This document shows positions 14,729 through 26,631 of a stretch of DNA of 64,000 nucleotides, piece by piece. The number at the start of each line of letters is the position of its first letter. Within the stretch, counting starts at the first letter, position 1. The notes beneath the pieces are model-generated. The model was not told the origin of the DNA. It did not search any database and was given only the letters and a program-made list of their open reading frames with translations. The DNA lies in NCBI GenBank assembly GCA_951406725.2, contig OX597838.1:7192001-7256000 (forward strand), in the 5' to 3' direction. The position numbers were made by a program, and so were the translations under genes. The stretch comes from Octopus vulgaris. Lineage: Eukaryota.

Positions 14729-16933
14729 TATTTCAAAACATTTGCCATAAAGGCAGTACACAGATTAAGTTAGCTTTGCGGGCTGGACGAGGACATTAAT
14801 GAAGTGAATGATAATGAAAGAAAGATGATAAGGATGGGAGAAGACAGAAAGCGCCCGCCGACTTTTGCTTCTCTAAAACATTGTTCTTTTTAAAAAGATA
14901 AACACAAAACGAGGTATAAAACCTCTTACAATTTTTCCCAATTTTTGGGCTTAGCAGTCCATTATTAATACAAAACGAGGTATTAATCCTCTTACAATTT
15001 TTCAATTTTTGGACTTAAGTCCATTACTAATAATACATATCGTCCTCGAAATAGCTTGTGCCCGCGCCCTCCACCATCAACCACGCCTCCCTCAGAACGT
15101 AGTCAAGTTCCGAGTTCGCGTCGCCCGGGACCAAGTTATAATCTTCGTTGAGCTCCTTTAGCCCTAGCGTCACGTCGAACGCCACGGCCTTCACAGCTAC
15201 CTGCGGAGGCCATTCGGGGTCCTGTGTGAAGGCTAAAGGTGCTCCCTTGTAGTGCTCTTCCATCACTTTTTCAATTTCTCCTCCTCTATAGAAGAGGACC
15301 AACACATTTAGTTCTTTCGTTGGCGGCACAGTTTCCGCCAACGGTATTCCTTCTCTTGTCGGTGGCACAACCCCAACCGACGTAGTTCCGCGACATTCCG
15401 GTGCTACACTGACAGCCGGTAATGTCCCGTTTTTCTTCCTCTTTTTCTTTTTTTTTCCCTTTTCAACTGAGGGAGGGTGCGTCTCCTCCGTGGCTGGAAG
15501 ATTCGCCTTCCTCTCCTCATCCCTATTATCCTTTGGTGAGCACCCATTGTTGCTCACCTTCCTCTTTCGGCCTCTGTTTGAGGAGTCCTCTGCTTTCTCG
15601 GCCGTTATCGTTCCCTCTTCTAGAGGGGTTTTACTTAACTGTTCCGGGATCCTATTTTGTTCCCGAGGACAGTTCTTCTTTATGTGGCCGGACTCCAAGC
15701 ACCGATGACACTTAGGGGGGCGACCCTCAAGCATCACCGGGTACCTGCACCCGGCCATTTTCAAAAAATCTGGAAGAACCAGATTGGCTGATTGTGTCCA
15801 CAGAGTCAAAATTGCTTTCGACCCAACCCAAGCAGCCGCAGGAAGAACTTTTACATTGAGGAGCTTAGTTTCGCTGTCACCCAGACCCCGGCGGATAGTC
15901 TCCTCTATCCACTCGTGTTCTATGTCGGGTGGAAGTCCGCAGATCCAAGCTTTCATCAATTTCTTTTTTTGTACGTGGGCAGGAATAAGATTTCCTTACC
16001 CTCCAAGGGTTTGCTAGCAAATATGCAAGCCTCTTCAGGGGTGTCAAATAGCAACCACACCGTTGCATATTTGACACCCCTGGAAATGAATTTAATTGTT
16101 GGCAAATACTCTTCCAACTCCTCCTCAATTGCCGTCTTTTCGAATAGGGCGATGGTGTCAAGTGCCTTGGAGTAGGTTCTCAACACCACCGTCCTATCTT
16201 CACGGTCTTTTAACCACTTTTTGGGTGGTATGATTTCCCACTCCAAAATTTTGTTATTTTTCATTGCCATGTTTTTTTAAAAATATATTCAAATTAAACT
16301 CAAAAGCAGGAAGAAAAAAGTTCAAAAGTCTAAATAAAATTTGATAGATTTTTGAAAAAACAAAAACGAGAAAGTACAACAGAAGGGAAGAAATTAACGG
16401 AAAGTCGCAATAAAGAAAAAAAACAAAAGGGGGGGGGTTAAATGAAGTTCAAAAGAAAGTTAATAAACAGAAAAAACACAGCAAAAATATTCTGGCCTTG
16501 CGGTACTCCCGGCCTGGGTTGAACCTGGAACGCCGCAACTGCAACACAACCTCCACAAAAATGGGTCCGAAAGGTAATCCAATAGTGGCTTATTTTTATA
16601 ATTTTCTTGCGAAGTAGTAAAACACAAGCAAACAAATTAATTTTTGCGGAGGGGCTACGCCTCCTCAAAAAGCACAATTCTCACTAAAGAGTGAGACCTT
16701 AGACACGACAACAGGCAGATATATATATCTGAAGTAAAGTGAAGTCTATTACCCGCAAAAAAATATTAATGCTAGATAACGTTAACTGCTAAATAACATT
16801 AAGCAAGCAATAAACTTCACTATGCTTCTAAAAATACAGAACGTCTTACCTGTCACCGAGTCAAAAGTTCAACATTTCACGTTCAAACACGTGACATTTG
16901 CAGGAGCAAAAAACAACACGTCTGTCTAGTAAG
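14729..16933 (-). mobile_element. 2.2-kb non-autonomous retroelement encoding only an ORF1/gag-like protein
   Basis: Flanked by direct repeat AAGCTACTT (14720-14728, 16934-16942) inside a SINE; no RT or endonuclease motifs seen between the repeats. Confidence 0.8.
15027..16270 (-). CDS. LINE ORF1-like nucleic-acid-binding protein with CCHC zinc knuckle, split by one frameshift at an A7 run (15964-15970)
   Basis: ORFs 15956-16270 and 15027-15959 abut; CHRCLESGHIKKNC = C-x2-C-x4-H-x4-C preceded by EGRPPK; basic, low-complexity tail. Confidence 0.75.
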
Positions 16934-17351
16934 AAGCTACTTACCACACAGCCACTCCTGCGCCTACTATATATATAGTTTTAAGAACTTGAACAAATAC
17001 AGCTTGATATATTTTTGTTTTTTACTTGCTAATTTACGCGCAAACATTTTTAAGCGGAGGAAAGAAGTCGATTACATCGACAGCAGTGCTTCGAGTTGCA
17101 CTTATTTAATGACACCGACGGAATTGGAACTCAGAACCTAAAGATCACAATGAATGCCACAACACAGACTTCATTGATCGGTAGGCGATAGCGAAATGAC
17201 TCCAAATATTTTGACCGCTGCCAATAAGCGTTCTACTTGTTTCCTAAAGACGTTGATATAATGAGGAATATGGGCTGTGGCGGCGATGATGATGATGATG
17301 TTTATAAGGGAGTGGAAGATGATGATGATAAGGAGGAGGGAGTGGTGATCC

Positions 17352-17382
<31 letters not shown>

Positions 17383-17557
17383 CGACGACGATGATGATGA
17401 CGTTCATCAAAATCAGTACGAATCATTATGACCAGGCTTGGGCGTTTCACCCATTACAGCATCCATGCTATTAACACTAAACACACAAATACTGGATCCG
17501 CCCACGTTCAAGTTCATGGCACAACAAACAGAGAATGAAATATCACATCATACAGAC

Positions 17558-17619
<62 letters not shown>

Positions 17620-17620
<1 letters not shown>

Positions 17621-17836
17621 GCGCGTCGGGCGAAATGCTTAGCGGTAATTCGTCTGCCGTTTACGTTCTGAGTTCAAATTCCTCCAAGGACAATTTGGCC
17701 TTTTAATCCTTTCGGGCTCGAGAAATTAAGTACCAGTTTGGCACTGGGGTCGATGTAATCGACTTAATCCCTTTGTTTGTCTCCTCTATGTTTAGTTCTT
17801 TGTGGGTAATAAAGAAACACATTATTATTATTATTA

Positions 17837-17897
<61 letters not shown>

Positions 17898-18140
17898 CAT
17901 CACCATCATCATCATCATTAAGGCGGCGAGCTGTCAGAACAGTTAGAACGCCTGGAAAAATATTTTGAAGCAATTTGTTCCGTATTTAGGTGTTCAAATT
18001 CTGCTAAGGTTGACTGTGCGTTCATCCTTTCGAGTTCGATAAAATAAATACCGGTTCAATACTGCGGTCAGCGTGATCGACTTACTCCCCCTCACCGAAA
18101 ATACCGGCTCCGTGCCAAAATTTGAAATAGACATTAATAT
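17620..18140 (+). mobile_element. Two adjacent SINE family C copies separated by (ATT)n
   Basis: GGGCGAAATGCTTAGCGG..GAGTTCAAATTC (B box) and AAGGCGGCGAGCTG head; homologous to 21586, 23070, 33292. Confidence 0.8.
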
Positions 18141-18179
<39 letters not shown>

Positions 18180-19236
18180 CGGTGAGGATGATGTCGATGA
18201 AAACGACGACGATAATGATGAGGATTTTGATGATGATGAAAGAGAGGCCGTCTCACGTGAATGAAAGTACGACAACGTTACTAGCTATGCACAAAACCCA
18301 TAAACTTTCGCGGGTTTAACCCTAATGACCCCTGTGTAATACTAGTAAAACACCACAAAACCTCACAACACAAAGGGTGCAAGTTAACCAGCTAAAACTA
18401 ACACACTGTTGGTAACTGATCAAAACCAATAAGCGAAGAGCAACAAATAAATAAACCTTCTGGTAATCACCATGGAAACAATCAACTAAATGTGAAGCTA
18501 TAGCCTCGACCCCCACAGCAGTAACCAGAGAAGAAAAAAAAAACAAATTAAAAGCGGATATCGGGAACAGATTAACTAGAGTTAACTTTCAGTAAAATTT
18601 GTCACAACAATATAAAGATTATGGAATTGACCGTAGAAACAGGAAATCGATAAAGTTGGATCGACGGAAGTTCCTCCCCAGGCTACGAATAAAATCCATT
18701 CTTTGGGACTTTATAACTAAATGCAATAGGTACCTACCCAACCCTCTACCCTCTTTTCATCTACCCAAGGAATTACTTCCACAGAAACGAACTGGAACAT
18801 CAAAAAATATAAATGACCTAATTTATTTTGTATCCATGGCATTATCGGAGGAAATCTGGTTCGATGAATATACAAAGGAATGGTCTGATACGGAAAAAAA
18901 CAAACAGGAACTAAATATTGCAAGAAAATAAAATCGAATCTCTAGCAGACATCCTGAGAGTGAAATACAGATTAAAATTGGTCGTTTTAACAAAGTTATG
19001 CAGGATATTATTTGGGGATAAAAGGAAAATACAAACGAAGAATACATGAGCATTTCTTTCAAGTTTCAAATTTGGAAACAACTAGGAAAAAAAATATTTA
19101 AAGAGACATCAATAACAAAGTTATAAACCAACATCAACAGAATCCCAAATATTTTATACTGTCTTGGTGTTACATGGATAGAAAATGTGCTGTTCAATAA
19201 ATTCATAGAAATGTGTAGGAAAAAAAATAATAGAGA

Positions 19237-19620
19237 TATGTACGGTGGTGGGGCGATATAATAGTTGTATACTGTCAATATAACGTGACAGTAGGAGATT
19301 ACACCACCGCTGTTTAGCCCTAGGAAGCATCGAACGCTTCCTGTCGGCTTCGAAACATTTACTGTGTCCTTATATATTTACAAAGGGGAGACAAATACCC
19401 CCAACAGCTAGGCCTGCATCTAGAGACACGCATGTTTCAGGGTCTTTGCCCATCATCGGTCTAGAGTAGCAGAAGCCTGCTAGCTGCAGATATCTGTCTC
19501 AACTTAAGGACACAGTAAATGTGTCGAAGCCGACAGGAAGCGTTCGATGCTTCCTAGGGCTAAACTGCGGTGGTGTAATCCCCTACTGTCACGTTAAATT
19601 GACAGTATACAACTATTATA
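19237..19620 (-). mobile_element. Fold-back insertion with ~115-bp inverted arms, structured centre and candidate 10-bp target-site duplication
   Basis: Arms ~19257-19371 and ~19505-19620 with 4 mismatches; ATAATAGAGA at 19227-19236 and 19621-19630; 20-nt one-sided extension 19237-19256. Confidence 0.8.
19419..19465 (-). ncRNA. Type I hammerhead ribozyme-like motif (U4C core variant)
   Basis: Minus strand: ucuaga CCGAUGA u GGG caaaga CCC u GAAA CA ugcg UG UC ucuaga; stems I, II, III all pair; GUC triplet. Confidence 0.75.
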
Positions 19621-19849
19621 ATAATAGAGAAAACCATGCAATATCAAATGGGACAAGGAGGGGATAATTCAACTTGCTAAAAATTCACTATTAAAATAAA
19701 ACCTGATAAGGCACATGCATGGCTGTGAGGCAAGAGCTGTCTCTCAACCTCATGGTTTTGCGTTGAGGCCTACTGAGGGCAAGTTCTTCCATAATCTCGA
19801 GCCAACAAAAGCCTTGTGAATGGAGACTGAAAGTAGCACTTAGTATGTA
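19621..19849 (+). repeat. ~230-bp segment duplicated in inverted orientation at 26642-26870; includes a decayed SINE A head
   Basis: Near-identical reverse complement by direct comparison. Confidence 0.9.
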
Positions 19850-19851
19850 TG

Positions 19852-19908
<57 letters not shown>

Positions 19909-19919
19909 ATATATGTATA

Positions 19920-19990
<71 letters not shown>

Positions 19991-20000
19991 GTATATATGT

Positions 20001-20186
20001 AGGTCCCGGGTTGAGTCAGGGTTAACCACAGTAAATAAGGTACTCAATACATAGCAGAGTAAATTAATTTATTTTATAGAAGGAGCTTCTACAGGACTAG
20101 AACTGTTTCATTCAAAAGAATGCTTCCTGATGATTTCTTTTGAATGGAACAGTTCTAGTCCTGTAGAAGCTCCTTCTATAAAATAA

Positions 20187-20188
<2 letters not shown>
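20001..20188. mobile_element. Short fold-back (54-bp arms, 20067-20120 / 20135-20188) in (TA)n, probably a Penelope-like pLTR remnant
   Basis: One mismatch between arms; left side extends ~65 nt further; single-copy relative at 63919. Confidence 0.7.
20122..20170 (+). ncRNA. Hammerhead-like motif, mutated copy
   Basis: gcuuc CUGAUGA u UUC uuuu GAA u GGAAC aguucua GUC cugua gaagc; GAAAC is intact in the inverted arm and in the 63919 copy. Confidence 0.45.
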
Positions 20189-20239
<51 letters not shown>

Positions 20240-20284
20240 AAATAATATAACAAAGGTAAGGCTGTGAGAAGTTTTCAAATTGAC

Positions 20285-21482
20285 TATTTGCTCCACTTGG
20301 ATGAACTGAAGCTTTTTAGTAAGGATGAAAAAGATATAGATTCCTTAAGACGGAATGTAAGACTCTTCAGCAAAGATATAGATATGGAATTTGCCATAGA
20401 TAATTTGTAATATTAGTCATGAAAAGGGGACAGGTAGTCATCAGAGAAAGCAACCAATTACCAGACGACCAGACGTTGAAATCACTGAAATGGAGAGAGA
20501 GTTATGAGTAACTAGGTGTATTAGAAACTGGCATTTTACTAACTACAGAAATGAAAGCGACAATTGAGGAGTATATTAGAAGGGTGAGGAAGCTAATGAA
20601 ATCAGAGCTAAATGGTCTGAATCTAGTGAAGGATGTATCATTACTTAGATACACAGCAGCTTTTGTGGATTGGACAAAAACGGAATGAGAAAAGAAAGAC
20701 AAGGATGGAATTCAATATGAATGGGGACTCCAGCTAACAGCAGGAGCAGTAAGATTATACTTACTTAGAAAGGAAGATGGAAGGGGGTTAATGTCAGTGG
20801 AAGACTGCATGGAATGTTAGGTAGAGTAGATATAGATTCTTATGTAGGTAGGTAGTAGGTAAGTAAGTTTCTTAAAAGCTACTAAAGTCACAGAAACATA
20901 TAGAGAAACCAAACAATTGCAAACGAAGTTAAAAGAGAGAGAATAGAACAAAAGATATCTGATTGGCAGGAGAAGGTTTGCACGGTAGATTCCCAAATAT
21001 AGTTGCAGCAAATAGTAGTAGGTCTCTGCTATATGGCTATGGCTGCACAAAGAAAAGCTGAAGAGTGAGATAAAAAGATTGTAGGTGACAGCAGAAGATT
21101 AAGCATTAAGGACTAATTGGATAAACGCCAAGATAGACAAAAACCAAGTAGATTCTTAATATTGTTTATGCAAATCAAAAGAGGAAAGTGTTACTTATAT
21201 ATTAAGCGGATGTAGCATGCTGGTACAGAAAGAATACAAGGAAATACATGACAATCTGGGGAGAGTAAGCCACTGGAAGTTATATAGAAAACTAGGATTT
21301 GATCATACTGATAGATGGTATGAACATGAACCTAATAATGTACTAGAAAGTAAGAAATGTAAGATATTGTGGGACTTTAACACTCAAACAAACAGAGTAA
21401 CAGAAGCTAGAAGGCCTGATTTAGTAGTAGTATATAAAGAGAATAGAATGTGTCAGATAATTGACTTCACAATCCCAAATGT
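20285..21482 (+). pseudogene. R4/Dong-like LINE fragment: RT C-terminus, zinc knuckle and restriction-like endonuclease
   Basis: LDELKLFSKDEKDIDSL..LFSKDIDMEF; RLYLLRKEDGRGLMSVED; CLCKSKEESVTYILSGC; EYKEIHD..LWDF..EARRPDLVVV..IIDFTIP; many stops. Confidence 0.85.
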
Positions 21483-21585
21483 TTTCTACTGAGACGCAAG
21501 GCCAAAAGTATTGAGTGTAGTGCGGCTAGTTCATTACATCAATTCGACTTCGTGGTTGGCACTTTATTGATCCCGAAGGAGAAAT

Positions 21586-22005
21586 GGTACCTATTTCTTT
21601 ACTACCCACAAGGGGCTAAACACAGAGAGGACAAACAAGGAAAAACAAACGGATTAGGTCGATTATATCGACCCCAGTGCGTAACTGGTACTTATTTAAT
21701 CGACCCCGAAAGGATGAAAATCAAAGTCGACGTCGGCAGAATTTGAACTCAGAACGTAGCGGCAGACGAGATACCTATTTCTTTACTACCCACAAGCGGC
21801 TAAACACAGAGAGGACAAACAAGGACAAACAAACGGATTAGGTCGATTATATCGACCCCGGTGCGTAACTGGTACTTATTTAATCGACCCCGAAAGGATC
21901 AAAGGCAAAGTCAACCTCGGCGGAACTTGAACTCAGAACGTAACGGCAGACGAAATACGGCTACGCATTTCGCCCGGCGTGCTAATGTTTCTGCCAGCTC
22001 ACCGC
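21586..22005 (-). mobile_element. SINE family C with tandemly duplicated 3' part
   Basis: Two ~185-bp units plus head; imperfect flanking repeat CGAARGAGAAATSGTACC. Confidence 0.85.
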
Positions 22006-23069
22006 TTCGAAAGAGAAATCGTACCGTCCACATTGGTTAAATTTCAACTCATGACGTAATATGTCGGAGGTAATGCCTCCAATCTTTTTCTCCGACGCCA
22101 TATCTATTCCGCTAGATCTTCTTTGAGAAATATAGTTTCTTTATGTCTACCATATAGGCACGCGCATCATTTTATATCATCATTTCTTGTTTTTATGTCA
22201 TTCTTTAATCTGCCGAATAAGAAAATTTCTTTTATTGGTGAGTTGTGAACTATTTTGATTTTCGCTAATTCGTAATATGATAAATATACTACTAGAGAAA
22301 AAAATGAGAGTAGATTGTTATAATACTTTCAATAACTACTTTTATTTTAACAAACACTAGTCTTAATGGCTTCGCCTGTAAAAAATAAGTGAGAACAATT
22401 TCAAGAAAACCAAGATAAAGGGAGAAATGATTATTTTATGACAAGTATATCTGTATCTTTAATAACATTCCTAGTGAAGGAATTTAAAGTAAAGCTTTAT
22501 AATAAAACTGAATATTCTAGGAATAATATTTTGAAAATAGATGTCCGAACGCCTAAATCAGAAACATTTAGGGTCAATGAGGCAATATACATGTGCTTTT
22601 CTGCTAAAGCATACATAAATTCTGAGATTATTGTTGGAAACAATGCTGCTATGAATTCTGAAATTCCCCGACGTAGAATTTGTGACAATATGTCTCTGAG
22701 CAATTATAGAATTGATGTGACTGGTTAAGCTATATTTTTGCTAGCATAACGTAAGATTTACAGGTATTTTGTATTGCAGAACAATAAGACAAATTGAAGA
22801 TGCTGCCACCGATGCAAGTGTTGGATTTGCAGAGAGTCAGGGAGATATTGAAATGGAGATTTAATGCATTTTTACTATTCTTGAGGAGGTTGTTGATGCC
22901 TTAGATTAAACGAAGCATGTAATCGTTGCAAGTGGTGTTGATGAAGAATCGAATATTACCGAAAAATTTGTTTGTTTAGATTAATAAAAATAGATTAATT
23001 ACGATACAATTAAAAGAATAATTATCAACAAAGATGTCGATTTACCAAAATTAATTAAGATTGGAGAAA

Positions 23070-23485
23070 ATATTTCTTTATTACCCACAAGGGCTAAACA
23101 TAGAGAGGACAAACAAGGACAGACAAAGGAATTAAGTCGATTACATCGACCCCAGTGCGAAATAGATACTTTATTTATCGACCCCGAAATGATGAAAGGC
23201 AAAGTCGACCTCGGCGGAATTTGAACTTAGAACGTAGCGGCAGACGAAATGCCTATTTCTTTACTACCCACAAGAGGCTAAACACAGAGGGGACAAACAA
23301 GGACAGACAAACGGATTAAGTCGATTATATCGAACCAGTGCGTAACTGGTACTTAATTTATCGACCCCCGAAAGGATGAAAGGCAAAGTCGACCTCGGCG
23401 GAATTTGAATTCAGAACGTAACGACAGACGAAATACCGCTAAGCATTTCGCCCGGCGCGCTAACGTTTCTGCCAGCTCGCCGCCT
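23070..23485 (-). mobile_element. SINE family C with tandemly duplicated 3' part
   Basis: Same dimeric layout as 21586-22005. Confidence 0.85.
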
Positions 23486-23958
23486 ACAGTTGCCATGATT
23501 GAGGCTTAGGTGGCTTTCATCTTAAGCCTCCTCTAAATTTAGCAAATGTACAATTTACAATATCGAGCGTTATATTTAAACTGGAGGAGAAGTGCGTGAA
23601 ATGATTAAACTTGAAAAATGGTGGAGCCTAGAGATGTTTCAAGTAACGGCTTCACTAAATCATGAAATAATGACCATTATCTATTTAAAACAATATTATA
23701 AATCTTGAATCCCTGTGAGGAAATGAAATGTAATAATGTGAAACGTGTAGATACTTCGAAATCTTTATTGAGTCGCAGAAGAAAAATATATCATATTTTA
23801 AGTGAAACGGAAATTTTTGCAAACGTGTTTTGTCTCACCCTTAACTTTTCAGTTTTTGTCATTCATTGGTCTGCGGCAATGCTGGAGCACTATCTTGAAC
23901 AATCATGAAAAACAATGAAAAAAAATTAATGTAGCGAAATCAACAGCAATAGATATAT

Positions 23959-24565
23959 AGGCGCAGGAGTGACTGTGTGGTAAGTAGCTTACTAACCAAC
24001 CACATGGTTCCGGGTTCAGTCCCACTGCGTGGAATCTTGGGTAAGTGTCTTCTGCTATAGTCCCGGGCCGACAAATACCTTGCGAGTGGATTTGGTAGAC
24101 GGAAATTGAAAGAAGCCTGTCGTATATATCTATATATATATATGTTTGTATGTGTTTGTGTCTGTGTTTGTCCCCCTAGCATTGCTTGACAACTCATGCT
24201 GGTTAGGGCAGCGGACCCGCGGTCGGAGTATCGCGGTTTCGATTCCCAGACCGGGCGTTGTGTGTGTTTATTGAGCGAAAACACCTAAACCTCCTCGAGG
24301 CTCCGGCAGGGGTGTGGGTGGCGACCCCTGTTGTACTCTTTCGCTCCAACTTTCTCTCACTCTTCCTTCCTGTTTCTTGTCCCCGACTTCCTACGCAACC
24401 ACTGAGCCTGGATGCGCATTAATCCATCCGTAGATGCTCTCGATGTCGAGTGTTGACCTGCTTTCTCTTCTGCGGGTCTTACGAATAGCAAAGGACCAAC
24501 GTTTCGGACTTCTCCCACTCCAAAGGCGCGATCTTGCGAGCTCTGGGACGAAGACCGCTTCGCTC
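23959..24565 (+). mobile_element. SINE A 5' part (to ~24197) joined to a 5'-clipped SINE B with (CAAA)n tail
   Basis: GGCGCAGGAGTGACTGTGTGG..GGTTCAGTCCC, then GGTTAGGGCAGCGGAC..TTCGATTCCC. Confidence 0.85.
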
Positions 24566-25339
24566 AACAAACAAACAAACATACAAACAAACAAAACAGC
24601 AACATGAAGAACAACACCAACAACAACAGCTGCAGCAACAAAGACGATGTTTTCAACAGCGGGGGTATCGTTTCTAGTTATCGAAATGGATTTTATTTCT
24701 GTTTCTGAACTTTCGTATTTCTTGCTGTTCTTGTTGCTGCTGTCCATTTAATCTCCGCTGAAGACTGTTAAATTTAATGATCAAACATGTACCTTACACA
24801 CCCATACGGTCGAAAATAGGGGCTGGAAGTTGCGAGTGGATCGGGATTAAAGGCATCCCGAAGGAAATATTGGAATATTACGACAGAAAATAGTCCCACT
24901 CGTTAGATAATTGATGAGTTTATCATTTGGATTGTAACGCTGAGCTTTAATAGCATCACTGATTTAACGAGACCATCCCCTTGAGACAAGAACGGTGAAG
25001 GATCAAAGACCTTACATTTGTAATCAAATACATTAATTCGCCAGTCTCATTAGCAGATCCGTTTCATTAAATGATCACTCTTTATACATAATTGAAGAGT
25101 GTGTTTCTTATGGATACCGCCTTGCAGAACGGTTAACAAGGTTACTTTAGATCCATGAACTCCCGGGTTGGATCTCCTTGCTTGTCATCTCGGGTTGTCG
25201 AACCACAATTTTGTCAATGGAATTGGATTGGTTGAAAACCGTCATCGTTTCTTTTACGTTTTTTCTTTTGCTTTTCTGTGTGTCTGTGTTTTTTTCATAA
25301 TTTTTATTGCCCTTAGATATGGAGATTTTTTATTACGTG

Positions 25340-26075
25340 CGGGCGTGGCTGTGGATTTGGGAAGCCAGCTTCTCACCCGTATGGTCGAAGCTTTAGTTAA
25401 CTCCCTGACACCTTGGGTACGTGTCTTATTTATATCAAAACCCCGAAAGGATCACAGATTTGTGAGAGAACTTGATAGGCTAAACCTCGATAGAATCTCG
25501 TCATATATGTATGTGATATATGTATGTGTATGTGTGTATGTTTTTGCGTCCTCGTATATAGCGATTTCATAAAACGACTGTAATGTGCCGGAGTTTATAA
25601 GCACGTGAATGTGTATTTATGTATGTGTGTGGTTTGTTCATCATCGCCTCTTGATACCCGGTGCTAGTTTGTTTGTGTCGATCTAACATTAGCGGTTCAG
25701 CAAAGTGAGAGAATTTGATAGGTTAAACCTCGATAGAATCTCGTCATATATGTATGTGATATATGTGTGTGTATGTGTGTGTGTTTTTGCCTCCACCGAC
25801 GCACAACTGTTGTTTTGTTTGCGTCCCCGTACATAGCGATTTCATAAAACGACTGTAATGTACCAGAGTTTATAAGCACGTGAATGTGTATTTATGTATG
25901 TGTGTGGTTTGTTCCTCATCGCCGCATGATACCCGGTGCTAGTTTGTTTGTGTCGCTCTAACATTAGCGGTTCAGCCAAGCGAGAGGAAATCGATTGGTG
26001 TCGATCTGTTCGACTGAAAGTTTCTAAGACGTTGTTCCAGCATGGCCGTAGTGTAATTTAGTAATATAGAAATAA
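25340..26075 (+). repeat. Decayed SINE A-like copy containing a ~240-bp tandem duplication (~25470-25710 / 25712-25980)
   Basis: TTGATAGGYTAAACCTCGATAGAATCTCGTC..AACATTAGCGGTTCAGC occurs twice. Confidence 0.75.
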
Positions 26076-26534
26076 CTGTCAACAGTTCCTCAACCCACAT
26101 AACTATGAAACAAAATAATGAACAATCACTCATGTAGACATATTCATATTTTAACAGAAACACATACGGTATTGGATGGCCACATGGGTCACCTTAAAGC
26201 ATGTGCACACTGGGAGCTTCATGGATTTACAGACCCATATATTATCGATATATGATGGGATTTACTATCGCGAACGACATTCTTTGGAGGCTAAGGTATT
26301 GATCTGTCCGGACGCCCCGGGAGTTTATCAACGACCGTCAATTTTTTATCAGATTCGGCAAGGTAGATATTTTCTATATTTCCTCTTCCGCTAATCGAAG
26401 TGACTGCTGGATTCTTATTTTCAGGTATTCTTTCTGATACTGACACAATACTAAACGCTTTGAGGGGAAGATTTAGTTGATTACATCAATTCTGGTACTC
26501 AACTGGCATTTTGTTTATCGCATTTTGTTTATAA

Positions 26535-26631
<97 letters not shown>

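Noticed and set aside
15960-15972. Programmed -1 frameshift in the ORF1-like gene
   Set aside because: The in-frame heptamer is not a canonical X XXY YYZ site; homopolymer indels also occur in the Penelope arms, so mutation or sequencing error is simpler
17237-18264. Asp-rich and His-rich ORFs (also 48932-49198)
   Set aside because: (GAT)n microsatellites with no splice or domain support
22438-22990. 96-aa ORF and acidic coding-like stretch
   Set aside because: No recognisable motif and several stops; cannot be assigned
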